A stretch of DNA of 63,878 nt, filler included, from Candidatus Woesearchaeota archaeon (GCA_046538795.1; 3 parts of 3 records of this genome joined end to end with filler, not necessarily neighbours in it), one strand, 5' to 3'; positions 1 through 9,450 are shown, counted from the whole stretch's first letter. Program-made: numbers and translations. Notes: a model not told the origin generated them from the letters alone.

Positions 1-191
1 CGAAAACAACATTGAATAGCAAAGCTTGAAGAAAATAAACGCCGGAGCTGGGATTCGCTAGAAATTTTAAAAAAATTTCTGCGTGCAGAAATTCTAAAAG
101 AATTTCTCGCATGAACCCAAGGGTTCAAATCCCTATCGAAAACAACATTGAATAGCAAAGCTTGAAGAAAATAAACGCCGGAGCTGGGATT
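1..191. repeat. 55-bp exact direct repeat (1-55 = 137-191) of the tRNA-Ser 3' end plus downstream flank, with a double-hairpin insert
   Basis: CGAAAACAAC...GCCGGAGCTGGGATT occurs at 1-55 and 137-191 (period 136). Hairpins at 60-80 and 87-107. Inverted T-arm GGGTTCAAATCCC at 121-133. Confidence 0.95.
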
Positions 192-259
192 TGAACCCAG
201 ACATCCGTGAGGAAACAAGATTTCCAGTCTTGCGCGGTACCAGATTGCGCCACCCCGGC
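176..259 (-). tRNA. tRNA-Ser(GGA)
   Basis: Cloverleaf: acceptor GCCGGGG/CTCCGGC, anticodon arm CAAGA-CTGGAAA-TCTTG, long variable arm, T-loop TTCAAAT. Confidence 0.95.
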
Positions 260-366
260 ATTGTAATTCTATATGAAAACTAGACGTCATTTAAAAAACT
301 AACTGAAAAATAGAAAAATTGCCATATAGCACAAATACCTATAAAACAAAAGTAGCGAAAAATCAG

Positions 367-388
367 ATAGCTTACTTTTGTAAGCTAT
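367..388. terminator. Perfect 9-bp hairpin just downstream of the pilin-like gene cluster
   Basis: ATAGCTTAC-TTTT-GTAAGCTAT about 10 nt after the stop of 398..910. Terminator role is an inference. Confidence 0.35.
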
Positions 389-397
389 TAAAAATTA

Positions 398-910
398 TCA
401 ACAGGAATATCCTTCAACACAAGATCCATCACAATTAATAGGATTTCCAGATGAATCAATCATAGGAAAAATCCTGACTTCGCCAGAGGTCTTGTTTATT
501 ATGTTGCACCCTTTAGTAAGGTTGATATGTGTCTGATAGTAGAATCTTACGACTGTAAAATTTTCGCTTCCTATAAAACTATCAGGCTGAAGATAAATTA
601 TAACTTCACTGTTGTTGCTGTTTTCAGGTCCTGTTCCCGGATTGTAGGGATTTATGTTGATATTGTAATTCATGCCATCAATAGTACCCGGGAGCTGAAG
701 TTCCTTGTAATATCCATCTTCTACAAGGCTTGCAAGCCTAATTTCATTATCTAAATAATCAGCAAGCTCATAGACTTTTCTTTTTTGATCTTTCTGATTT
801 GCATCACCAATATTGTCTGAAAGTGCAAAAAATATCATTACAAACACAAACATCATGAAACCTATAAGAACAGTAAATTCAATGCCCGCCTGAGATTTTT
901 TTAGTAACAT
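398..910 (-). CDS. Type IV pilin-like protein with class III signal peptide
   Basis: N-terminus KKSQAGIEF followed by a hydrophobic helix (Q+1/E+5 pattern). Confidence 0.8.
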   Translation of the reverse strand: MLLKKSQAGIEFTVLIGFMMFVFVMIFFALSDNIGDANQKDQKRKVYELADYLDNEIRLASLVEDGYYKELQLPGTIDGMNYNININPYNPGTGPENSNNSEVIIYLQPDSFIGSENFTVVRFYYQTHINLTKGCNIINKTSGEVRIFPMIDSSGNPINCDGSCVEGYSC

Positions 911-916
911 TATATT

Positions 917-1390
917 TCAGTTTATGTTTCTTTGTATATGTACATAATCCCCAAAAGATTCTATCCTAAATGTCTTTAAACCCTCTGATACAGCGTCTTT
1001 CATGCTATAATCAGCAGTAAAATTAGCAGTTATGTTAACATTGCTGAAATAGACAAGATCGCTGTTCCCTCCAAAAAGACTAACATTGAATACTATCTCT
1101 GTAAGGTTGGATTCAGGAGGGTTTTTAGGATTGATGTGTATTGAATTTATCCTATCAGGAAAAGTCACTCTCAAAGTTGTTCTGGAATTCTCTCCGAAAA
1201 AATATATTGATTCTGACTGAGCAATCATCTCACGCCCAATCCTGTTTATCTGGTTGGCTGCAACAATCTGATTAGATGAAGAAGTATACTGAGAAAAAAT
1301 GAATAATGTCGGTATAAGCATAGTAAAAGCAATGCCCATAACTATAAGAAACTCTACTGACTGCTGACCTCTTTTACCAAAAAAATGCAT
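917..1390 (-). CDS. Type IV pilin-like protein with class III signal peptide
   Basis: Likely start MHFFGKRGQQSVEF then a hydrophobic helix. Start trimmed from the longest ORF (1465). Confidence 0.8.
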   Translation of the reverse strand: MHFFGKRGQQSVEFLIVMGIAFTMLIPTLFIFSQYTSSSNQIVAANQINRIGREMIAQSESIYFFGENSRTTLRVTFPDRINSIHINPKNPPESNLTEIVFNVSLFGGNSDLVYFSNVNITANFTADYSMKDAVSEGLKTFRIESFGDYVHIQRNIN

Positions 1391-1469
1391 ATCATAAATT
1401 ATTAACTTGTTGGTATATAAAATTTGCGAAGAAAAAGATAAAGATAAAAAAAAGAAAAAAATCAAAAGT

Positions 1470-1985
1470 TTAATTTACCTGAGCATAAACTTCTCCATTT
1501 ATTGTGTGTTCAAATTCTGGTGAACTTTTTGCTGCCCAATAAGTTAACTCAACTACAACTTTGGATTTTGTGCCTGGAACAATTCCATTATCTTCAAGTT
1601 CACAAGCCTGGGTATTAAATTCAAAATTATGTGTTTCTCCATCTCTCCATGTATAGTTGAATTCTGGATAACCAGCAGCCACTTGTTCATCCCAATCACA
1701 TGGTATATTAAATCCATCGGGTGTTGTAAGATTCACTTCACCTACTCTTACAGTCTCTCCAATATTATTTGTAAGTCTTAATATGACACGATCTTCACCA
1801 CTTGCATCCAAGATAAAGTCACTACAGGTGACTTCTGAACCGAAGTTGCATCTTTCAGGAAGATACCTGCTTGGATTCAAGACTCCAAAATAAGCTAAAG
1901 CTCCAATCATTATCAGAGCTACAAGGAATGCCCAACCATATGTTGTCAGGAATTCCAACGCCGACTGACCTTTTTTCGTAAACAT
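1470..1985 (-). CDS. Type IV pilin-like protein with class III signal peptide
   Basis: MFTKKGQSALEFLTTYGWAFLVALIMIGALAYFGV, a typical DPANN pilin N-terminus. GGAGG SD precedes ATG 1985. Confidence 0.85.
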   Translation of the reverse strand: MFTKKGQSALEFLTTYGWAFLVALIMIGALAYFGVLNPSRYLPERCNFGSEVTCSDFILDASGEDRVILRLTNNIGETVRVGEVNLTTPDGFNIPCDWDEQVAAGYPEFNYTWRDGETHNFEFNTQACELEDNGIVPGTKSKVVVELTYWAAKSSPEFEHTINGEVYAQVN

Positions 1986-2155
1986 AATTACATCCTCCCT
2001 TTTTATTTTAGTACCAGTTAAATGTACATTTTTGTATATTAATATATTCTTGTGGTTCAAATCATATTTAAACTTTTCGAAAAATATCTTGACAAAGGCT
2101 AAATCGTCTATTTAAGCAATAAGCTTAATAAATCTTCATAATAATCAAAGTTCCA

Positions 2156-3118
2156 ATGAAAATAGGCAAAGTAAAATTGGATAATCCAATAATCCTTGCA
2201 CCGATGGCTGGAATCACTAATATTGCTTTTAGGATATTATGCAAAAGATATGGTGCAGGATTGGTATGTTCAGAGATGATATCTTCTGAGGCATTAGTCA
2301 GAGGAAATATCGAAACCAGTTCTCTTATTAAAATATCAGAAGAAGAAAAACCGGTTTCTATACAGATATTCGGATCAGACCCAGAAACGATGGCAAAGGC
2401 TGCAAAGATTATAGAAAAAAGATCAAATTGTGATATTATAGATATAAATATGGGCTGTCCTGCAGGAGATATAGTAAATCAAGGATCAGGAGCAGGCCTT
2501 TTGAAAAATATTGATCTGGCAGAAAAAATAGCATCATCAGTAGTTAAAGCTGTAAATGTCCCTGTAACTGTAAAGATAAGAATAGGAATAAGAAAAAAGA
2601 TTACTGCTGTTGAGACTGCAAAAAGGCTTGAAAAAACCGGAATAAAAGCAATATGTGTTCATGGAAGAACACTTTACCAGGGATACAAGGGGAAAGCTGA
2701 CTGGGACATAATAAAAAAAGTCAAGCAAGCTGTAAAAATTCCTGTTATTGGAAATGGTGATATAGATTCTCCTGAAAAGATTAAAATATATCTGGAAAAA
2801 GATTTCTGTGATGCTGTAATGATAGGAAGATATGCAATAGGAAACCCACACATATTCAAAAAATTATCTTACTATAATAAAAACAAAAAATCAGAAGAAC
2901 AAAGTGCAAAAGAAAAGATATATGATTTTTTTGAATATCTGAAACTTGCAGAAAAATATGCTTTAGATAATACGTCTGCTCTTAAGAATCAGGCACAATA
3001 TTTTACAAAAGGACTTTACGACTCAACTACATTAAGAGAAAAGATAAACAACTGTGATGATATGAACAAACTTAGAAAAATACTTGAAAGTTATCTAAAC
3101 GAAATCAAGCAGGAGTAA
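2156..3118 (+). CDS. dusB: tRNA-dihydrouridine synthase (DusB-like)
   Basis: LAPMAG, NMGCP, HGRT, GNGDI and MIGR motifs. Confidence 0.9.
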   Translation: MKIGKVKLDNPIILAPMAGITNIAFRILCKRYGAGLVCSEMISSEALVRGNIETSSLIKISEEEKPVSIQIFGSDPETMAKAAKIIEKRSNCDIIDINMGCPAGDIVNQGSGAGLLKNIDLAEKIASSVVKAVNVPVTVKIRIGIRKKITAVETAKRLEKTGIKAICVHGRTLYQGYKGKADWDIIKKVKQAVKIPVIGNGDIDSPEKIKIYLEKDFCDAVMIGRYAIGNPHIFKKLSYYNKNKKSEEQSAKEKIYDFFEYLKLAEKYALDNTSALKNQAQYFTKGLYDSTTLREKINNCDDMNKLRKILESYLNEIKQE

Positions 3119-3557
3119 GTTTGATCTTCTTTGGCTTATCTTTTTTCTTTTCGACAAAGACAACTGCCTGATGAGGACAGGAAAAAAAACACTCGCCATC
3201 GCATTCTTCTGAATCGCCCACCTGCTTTGAGAATATAAGCCCTTTTTCTTCTACAATCTGATAATTTTTACCTTTTGAATGAGTTACACAATACTCGCAA
3301 GCTTCACAGAGTTCAGGATGCATAACTTTCACATATTTATCGTTGTCTATATCATTAAGAATTATTGCCTTATCATCACACACAGAAAGACATTTTCCAC
3401 AGAAAGTGCATTTATCAGGATGTGAAAATACTGCTACGATCTTTCCATCAACATCCTTCATCTCAAAACAATCTTCAGGACAAATATGAACACATTCCTC
3501 GCATGCAGTACATCTGTCATTGTCAACATGATCTATATGAAAACGTCTTTTCACCAT
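3105..3557 (-). CDS. Multi-[4Fe-4S] ferredoxin-like protein
   Basis: CTACEECVHICP, CTFCGKCLSVC, CEACEYC and CDGECFFSCP motifs. Confidence 0.85.
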   Translation of the reverse strand: MVKRRFHIDHVDNDRCTACEECVHICPEDCFEMKDVDGKIVAVFSHPDKCTFCGKCLSVCDDKAIILNDIDNDKYVKVMHPELCEACEYCVTHSKGKNYQIVEEKGLIFSKQVGDSEECDGECFFSCPHQAVVFVEKKKDKPKKIKLTPA

Positions 3558-3677
3558 CTTATCACTTTCTCTTCATTATGATTTATGACTGCCACCAACC
3601 CAATAAATATCAATATTATATATGCATTTTAGTACTCAGTTAAAAAGGTTGTGTTTAATAAGATTTTTTAGCAGATT

Positions 3678-4406
3678 TCAGTCGCTGCAAATCGGACATA
3701 AAGGATTATGTTTTATCTTTATTTTCTCAAGATTATTGTTCCATATATTTAATCTTAGGATAATATTGGTTTCAATTTTTTCGTTTATTAAGAATTTTAT
3801 TGCAGTCATTGAAGCTATTGCTGAAATTCCAGTTGTTATTGTATTCAGTACACCTAATTCAGAACATTTTCGGGATTTCATATTTTCATTATATATACAT
3901 CTTAAACACGGAGATTTATTAACATTGTTTTCAAAAAAAATCACATTCCCTGTTTCTTCTATAGCTGAAACATGAAGAAGCGCAATTCTTTTTTTTATGC
4001 AGTACTTGTTAAGAAATAATCTTGCTTCCATATTATCTGTACAGTCTATTACAAGATCAGAATCATCTAATAATCCTGCTGTCAGAAGATCATCTTCTGA
4101 AACAAATTTTTCACAAACAGATATAATGACATCTGAGTTTATTTTTTCCAGATGATTTTTGGCAGACAATACTTTGCTTTTCCCCACATCCTTTTCTGTA
4201 AACAGAGTCTGTCTATGAAGATTGACAAGTTCTACAGAATCTTCATCAAAAAGTGTGATGTTTCCTATTCCTGCTCTGACAAGCAGATCTGAAACAGAAT
4301 TTCCAAGAGCGCCTGCACCTATTATTGAAACTTTTGCAGATCTCAATCTCTTTTGTGAAGTTTTGCTGAAATTCTTGTAGATTTTCTGTCTTTGGTAGCG
4401 ATCCAT
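3678..4406 (-). CDS. ThiF/MoeB (E1-like) adenylyltransferase
   Basis: GAGALG, D..VELVNLHRQ, DCTDN, and Zn motifs CLRC and CPIC. Confidence 0.9.
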   Translation of the reverse strand: MDRYQRQKIYKNFSKTSQKRLRSAKVSIIGAGALGNSVSDLLVRAGIGNITLFDEDSVELVNLHRQTLFTEKDVGKSKVLSAKNHLEKINSDVIISVCEKFVSEDDLLTAGLLDDSDLVIDCTDNMEARLFLNKYCIKKRIALLHVSAIEETGNVIFFENNVNKSPCLRCIYNENMKSRKCSELGVLNTITTGISAIASMTAIKFLINEKIETNIILRLNIWNNNLEKIKIKHNPLCPICSD

Positions 4407-4602
4407 ACATCAAGTTTAAATGAGCAGTATTTATTAAAGCTATCTCTTAAAACGCTCAAAACATATTATCAAAAACAAAAGCAAGTGTGCAATATCCTGG
4501 AATGAACAAAATATTTAAATAGTAGTTTTGACGATATCTGAAGAGTAATAAAGCAGTTCACTAAAAGAGTATGTGCTTTATAGCAAGGGAGAGGTCTATA
4601 AA

Positions 4603-4878
4603 ATGAAACAGGCACCAAAAGGCAAAGAGTTCCAGTTCTGCAACGGAGATTCTGCAAAAAGCTTCGGTCAGTTCGTAAATCTTGTGAAAAAACTTTCACC
4701 CGATGAATTTTCTCATCATGTGAATGCTGACAGAAATGATTTTCATAACTGGCTTGGCGAATGCATAAGTGCAGATGTTGCAGAAAGCATAAGAGAAGCA
4801 TCATCACATAGAGATGTTGTTGAAAAGCTTTCCGGACATGCTTGGGAAGAAAACCATAAAAGAAAATTCGATTATTAG
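4603..4878 (+). CDS. Small DUF5752-like protein
   Basis: F.FCNG...FSHHV...RNDFHNW pattern. SD-like GGGAGAGGT precedes ATG 4603. Confidence 0.6.
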   Translation: MKQAPKGKEFQFCNGDSAKSFGQFVNLVKKLSPDEFSHHVNADRNDFHNWLGECISADVAESIREASSHRDVVEKLSGHAWEENHKRKFDY

Positions 4879-4928
4879 AAATTTTTGTGATATTTTATTT
4901 TCTTTTTCTTATATTATTTTACATCACT

Positions 4929-5071
4929 GTATGATCAAAAAGTGAGCTCACGAGGATTACCACAAGATTTTTACTAAAATCTTGTAAAAAGTAGTCAAGT
5001 AGGGTATTCTTGCAGAAACCCTACGAAATGGAAAAATAGAAGTATAATCAAAAAGTGAGCTCACGAGGATT
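4929..5071. repeat. Duplication of the tRNA-Arg 3' end plus flank, with two hairpins between the copies
   Basis: ATCAAAAAGTGAGCTCACGAGGATT exact at 4934-4958 and 5047-5071. Hairpins ACAAGATTTT-TACT-AAAATCTTGT (4962-4985) and GTAGGGT...ACCCTAC (4999-5024). Confidence 0.9.
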
Positions 5072-5149
5072 CGAACCCCGATTAAGCGGTTGCTTCTCTT
5101 ATAACTTAAGATCCGAAGCCGCTTGTGCTATCCATTACACCATGAGCCC
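5056..5149 (-). tRNA. tRNA-Arg(TCG) with 22-nt canonical 37/38 intron (5091-5112)
   Basis: Acceptor GGGCTCA/TGAGCTC, anticodon stem AGCGG/CCGCT, strict BHB (CTTC/GAAG central helix, TCTTA/TAAGA outer helix). Confidence 0.93.
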
Positions 5150-5286
5150 TTATTAGTAAAAGAATCAATTAAGAAGTTTATTTAAGCTTTTTTAATTATT
5201 TTAAAAAATTTGACAACAGAAATCACATCTTCGACTAAGCTTTTAATTTCAACTTAAGTTAAAGACAAGCCCAAGCAACAATTTCT

Positions 5287-5577
5287 TTACTTTTTCTTAA
5301 GCTTAATCTCTATGGTTGAAACCCTGACATCCTTGCCATCCTGATTCTTGAACTCTTCTGAATCAATCTGGATATCTTCCACTTTGACAGAATCTTCAAG
5401 GAATCTTTTCGAAGCGACTTCGCAAACATCTACGGCTCTTGATATGAACTTACCTCGAGCTTTCACAATCACTTCTTTTGCGTTTTTTGTCGTGAACTGC
5501 ATGACAACGCTAGTCACATAGTTCATAAAAGGCTTTCCTCCAATAAATATGGAGTTGTCTGATGTCATATTCGTCAC
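5287..5577 (-). CDS. albA: DNA/RNA-binding protein Alba
   Basis: IFIGGKPFMNYV, KARGKFISRAVDV, VSTIEI. Confidence 0.95.
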   Translation of the reverse strand: MTNMTSDNSIFIGGKPFMNYVTSVVMQFTTKNAKEVIVKARGKFISRAVDVCEVASKRFLEDSVKVEDIQIDSEEFKNQDGKDVRVSTIEIKLKKK

Positions 5578-5602
5578 CCGTGTTGTTTATGTGTCTGATG
5601 AA

Positions 5603-5797
5603 TCAGATTGTTTCTTTTTCTTTGACCATCCTTGTAGCATAGCCTGACACAACATTTCTTAGTTTTTTTGAAGGAAACTCTGCGTATTTCTCTATCTTTT
5701 CCTTGTTTTCACTAAAATTTTCTGTCAACTCGTCTTCGTGCTCCTTGAAGATGTCTTTTGTAAGTCTCTTGATCAATTTTGTCTTTATTCGTCCCAT
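5603..5797 (-). CDS. rps17e: 30S ribosomal protein S17e
   Basis: MGRIKTKLIKR, F.ENK, SKKLRN..SGY.T. AAGGAG SD. Confidence 0.95.
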   Translation of the reverse strand: MGRIKTKLIKRLTKDIFKEHEDELTENFSENKEKIEKYAEFPSKKLRNVVSGYATRMVKEKETI

Positions 5798-5980
5798 TTT
5801 GTACTCCTTCAATTATATTATTGTCTTGTCTTTTTCTAAATTTATCAACAAAAAAAGTATAATTTAAGATATGGTAGTAGTATCTCATTTATAAAACTTA
5901 TTGAAAATGTAAAGAAGAATACTATTTTTAGACCTTATTTACGCAATATAACGCATTTTCAGACCTCATTAAAAATAAAT

Positions 5981-6172
5981 TTATTTAAGGAAATCTGATC
6001 TGAACAGACCTTTTCTAAAATCGGATTTTATATCTCCTTTTTTCAGGAACTCTGATGTCTGGCCTGCATAGTCAAGCAAAATCTTTGTATCGATCCTTCT
6101 CAAATCAATATTATCTAGACGTTCCATATTCTTTTTTGTAAGTTCAGGCAGTTCTCTTCTTAGGTTTTCCAT
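5981..6172 (-). CDS. Hypothetical protein
   Basis: 63-aa ATG ORF filling an intergenic gap. No recognisable motif. Confidence 0.5.
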   Translation of the reverse strand: MENLRRELPELTKKNMERLDNIDLRRIDTKILLDYAGQTSEFLKKGDIKSDFRKGLFRSDFLK

Positions 6173-6299
6173 AAATATCTTGAAAAAATATTCTGTATTT
6201 AAAACTTTGCTTTACATAAATAAACAGCAAAAAACGAAAAGCAAGCAAAAGATTTTAATAATATCGAATCAAAAATAATTTTTAAAAAGAGGTGCAAGT

Positions 6300-7085
6300 G
6301 TGGGACTTTTCAGAAATTTCATGATAGGCTTAGTTTTTATAGTGCTTATTATGGTATTCGGAGGTCTTGCAATACATTATGTTGAAGATATATCTGTATT
6401 TGATGGAATTTATTATTCGTTTTTAAGCATAACCACGCTTGGTCCTCAGTTTGTCCCGGAAACAAGCATGGGAAGGTTCATAACAGGCATAATAGTTTTC
6501 CTTGGCGTAGGGACAATGCTTTATACTCTTACGATAGTCGCATCTGCGATAATTGAAGGAAGAACAAAGATGCTCCTTATGGGAATAAAGGGAGGAATAA
6601 TCAGAATGAAAAAAGAAAAAAATCATGTCATCGTCTGCGGATATGGAAGGCTTGGAAAATACATCTGCCAGACATTAAAAGCCGAAAAGAAAAAATACAT
6701 AATAATAGATAATGATCCTGATGTCTGCTCAAAACTTCTTGAAGAAGGCGAATCGATTATCCAGGGAGATGCTCTCAAGACAGAAATCCTTGAAAAGGCA
6801 TATGTCCAGGAAGCAACAGCACTTATCGCATCGCTGGGAGCAGATGCAGATAATATCTATCTTGTGATGAATGCCCAGGAACTTAATCCAAAGCTTCTTC
6901 TGGCTGCAAGGGCGGATGACGAAACTGCTGTTACAAGACTTCACAAGATGGGAGCACAAATTGTTGTTCTGCCTGAAGTTGTTGGAGGAAAACAACTTGC
7001 TCACGCAGTACTTCAGATAGAGCATACACAGCATCTTTCTACAATCAGCAGAAAAAAAATCGAAAGAGAATTATACGAAGTCTGA
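6300..7085 (+). CDS. MthK-like two-TM ion channel with RCK_N (TrkA-N) domain
   Basis: TM-pore helix-TM, then HVIVCGYGRLG, GDA, DADNI. Filter reads TTLGPQF. Confidence 0.88.
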   Translation: MGLFRNFMIGLVFIVLIMVFGGLAIHYVEDISVFDGIYYSFLSITTLGPQFVPETSMGRFITGIIVFLGVGTMLYTLTIVASAIIEGRTKMLLMGIKGGIIRMKKEKNHVIVCGYGRLGKYICQTLKAEKKKYIIIDNDPDVCSKLLEEGESIIQGDALKTEILEKAYVQEATALIASLGADADNIYLVMNAQELNPKLLLAARADDETAVTRLHKMGAQIVVLPEVVGGKQLAHAVLQIEHTQHLSTISRKKIERELYEV

Positions 7086-7110
7086 TAAAAACAAATTTAT
7101 TTTTTATTTC

Positions 7111-8385
7111 TTATCTTTGTTTTTTCAAAAGTATTAAGCTTAAGAAAAATAATCCTAATGGAATCAGAAAATAATATCCTGAGATTGCACCATCAAAAAG
7201 CATTGCCTGTTTTAGCATCATTATTTCTGTATTAAGAGGCATGATCCTTGCAAGGAATCTTATAAGTCCGGGCATCAGATCTAAAGGATAGAACATTCCT
7301 GATAAAAACAACAGCGGAAGAGTAATGATAAGTGATATGAGAACTGCAACACCTTCACTGTCGCTAACAAGTCCGATCAAAAATCCTATAAGACTATTTA
7401 CGAGTGAGATAAAGAGAAGGGCCTTAATAAGAAGAATGAGATTTATCTGATATGTTGCACCAAATGCAAAAAACAAGACAAGTATTATCACAAACTGTAT
7501 CATTGCTAAAGAAAAGAAAAATAGTGTTTTTGAAAAAACATAGCTAAACATAGAACTGTTGCTTGCTCTTATCCTTGAAAACAGATTTGTCTTTCTGTCA
7601 TAGATTACTCCAGTTGAACAAAGCATCAGAAGAAGAAACAAGCTAAGTATTGAAAACAATGGAGCAATACCTATCTCTATCATCTTGTATTCTGGATAGA
7701 CTCCTTTCTTATGGGTTATCACTGGTGATGATACAAATCCAGGATCAAGTTTTGATATCTTTTCAAGATCTGATTTTGCATTTTCAATATTTTCTTTTGC
7801 AGTTGAAAAAACAGGATTATCCAAGACTCCGATAAGATCAACTGCAAGTTCTACTTTTTCATAAGCAGAAGAACTCTTGTCTTTCAATTCCTGAGAAAAT
7901 GATCTTACAAGCTGATCCTTAAAAGGCTGTATCGCAATATCTATCTTCCATGAAGCAAGTGATGAAATTGATGTCTCTGAATTATCATAATAAAGCGTCA
8001 ATGCTTCCTGTCTGAAATTTTCAAGATTTTCTGTAAAACCAGAATTTATCACAACACCGAAAAGATTTTCTTTACGTTTTATCGATTCAGTCATCTCAAG
8101 AGTGCAGTTTTCATCGGTCCTTCTTGTAACAGTGAAAGAATCAAGCGACTGCATCGCCTGAGATGTAAGGTAAGAATCATCATAATCACAGACCATTATT
8201 TTTATGTCTGACTGCGAGCCTGTTAATGTGAAAACATATATCATTCCTATTAGAAGAGGAAGAAGCAGGGAAAGATACAGATATTTTTTTTTTCTGAAAA
8301 GGAGTGTGAAATCCTTTCTTAAAAAACCTGTGATGCTCAAAGGCAGGACTGCTATTTTTCTAAGAATCCTTTTTGCAGAACTCAT
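7111..8385 (-). CDS. ABC-2 type transporter permease
   Basis: N-terminal TM, extracellular loop, five C-terminal TMs, LSGMFYP motif. Confidence 0.88.
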   Translation of the reverse strand: MSSAKRILRKIAVLPLSITGFLRKDFTLLFRKKKYLYLSLLLPLLIGMIYVFTLTGSQSDIKIMVCDYDDSYLTSQAMQSLDSFTVTRRTDENCTLEMTESIKRKENLFGVVINSGFTENLENFRQEALTLYYDNSETSISSLASWKIDIAIQPFKDQLVRSFSQELKDKSSSAYEKVELAVDLIGVLDNPVFSTAKENIENAKSDLEKISKLDPGFVSSPVITHKKGVYPEYKMIEIGIAPLFSILSLFLLLMLCSTGVIYDRKTNLFSRIRASNSSMFSYVFSKTLFFFSLAMIQFVIILVLFFAFGATYQINLILLIKALLFISLVNSLIGFLIGLVSDSEGVAVLISLIITLPLLFLSGMFYPLDLMPGLIRFLARIMPLNTEIMMLKQAMLFDGAISGYYFLIPLGLFFLSLILLKKQR

Positions 8386-9359
8386 ACTGACCTCACCTTT
8401 AAAAAAAGCTCATCAAGATTTGGTTCTCTAAATCCTTTCTCAAGATAATCAACATTGATCTTATCAAGATGTTTCAGAAAATAGTTTTTTTGTCCAACTG
8501 TTGTTATTGAAAACATCATGTAGTTCTTGAACATGTCAAGTATTGTTATGCTATGCGAGCGTGAATATTTTTTTATTCCTTCAAGCTGTTTTTTTGAAAG
8601 CTGCCTGAATTTTATTTCAAGTATATAGTATGTTTTTAGTTTTGCTTTTATTTCTCTTAATTTTCCTTTTGCAAATATTTTGCCGTAATTCAGTATTACA
8701 ATCTTGTCTGCAAAATGTTCTGTTTCAGAAAGCATGTGTGTTGTAAGAAGTATTGTCTTTCTCCTGTTTTTAAGATGCTCAAGAAAATGCCACAATAATT
8801 TTCTGTTGTAATAATCAAGACCAACAAAAGGCTCATCAAGTATTACGACTTTTGGATTATGAAGAAGAGAAACAATAATATTAAGCCTTACTTTCTGTCC
8901 TCCGGATAATTCATCAGGATATCTCGTGACAGGAACATTAAGCTGCAAAGTATTCATCAAATTTTGCCCTGCCTGCATTGATTTGGATTTTTCAAGCCCG
9001 TTTAGGTAACCAAAAAATATAAAATTTTCTTCAATCGTCATGTTTGGAATAATTGATAATTCCTGCGGTACATAACCAATATCTTCTTTTGCAAAATCCT
9101 TTGTATTTCCCAAAACCTTTATATCTCCTTTGTAAGGCGAGGTTATAGCTCCTGATACAAGATTAAGAAATGTTGATTTTCCAGAACCTGATTTTCCAAC
9201 GATTGCAACGATCTGGCTTGTCTTTACATTCAAGCTCAGGTCTTTTAGAATCTCATTTTTGTCGTATGAAAAGCGAACCTTTTTTGCAGAAAGAGGTTTT
9301 CCTCTGATAGTCCTGAAAGGGCTTGTCGCTTTCATCCAAACTTTCTTGATCCTGTTCAT
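8382..9359 (-). CDS. ABC transporter ATP-binding protein
   Basis: GKSGSGKST, LSGGQ, ILDEP, TTH. Overlaps the permease start by 4 nt. Confidence 0.95.
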   Translation of the reverse strand: MNRIKKVWMKATSPFRTIRGKPLSAKKVRFSYDKNEILKDLSLNVKTSQIVAIVGKSGSGKSTFLNLVSGAITSPYKGDIKVLGNTKDFAKEDIGYVPQELSIIPNMTIEENFIFFGYLNGLEKSKSMQAGQNLMNTLQLNVPVTRYPDELSGGQKVRLNIIVSLLHNPKVVILDEPFVGLDYYNRKLLWHFLEHLKNRRKTILLTTHMLSETEHFADKIVILNYGKIFAKGKLREIKAKLKTYYILEIKFRQLSKKQLEGIKKYSRSHSITILDMFKNYMMFSITTVGQKNYFLKHLDKINVDYLEKGFREPNLDELFLKVRSV

Positions 9360-9450
9360 AAGAATAATTCAAAACTTCATATTTATAAAAATATGTATTG
9401 TTTGGTTTTGTTAAGATTTTTAAAGAGAAGAAAATTCATTTTTGATAATT

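Noticed and set aside
1..5149. tRNA 3'-end duplications as attL/attR of a provirus or island
   Set aside because: The copies are only 113-136 bp apart, include sequence beyond the tRNA end, and no integrase is in the window. Kept as a separate finding instead.
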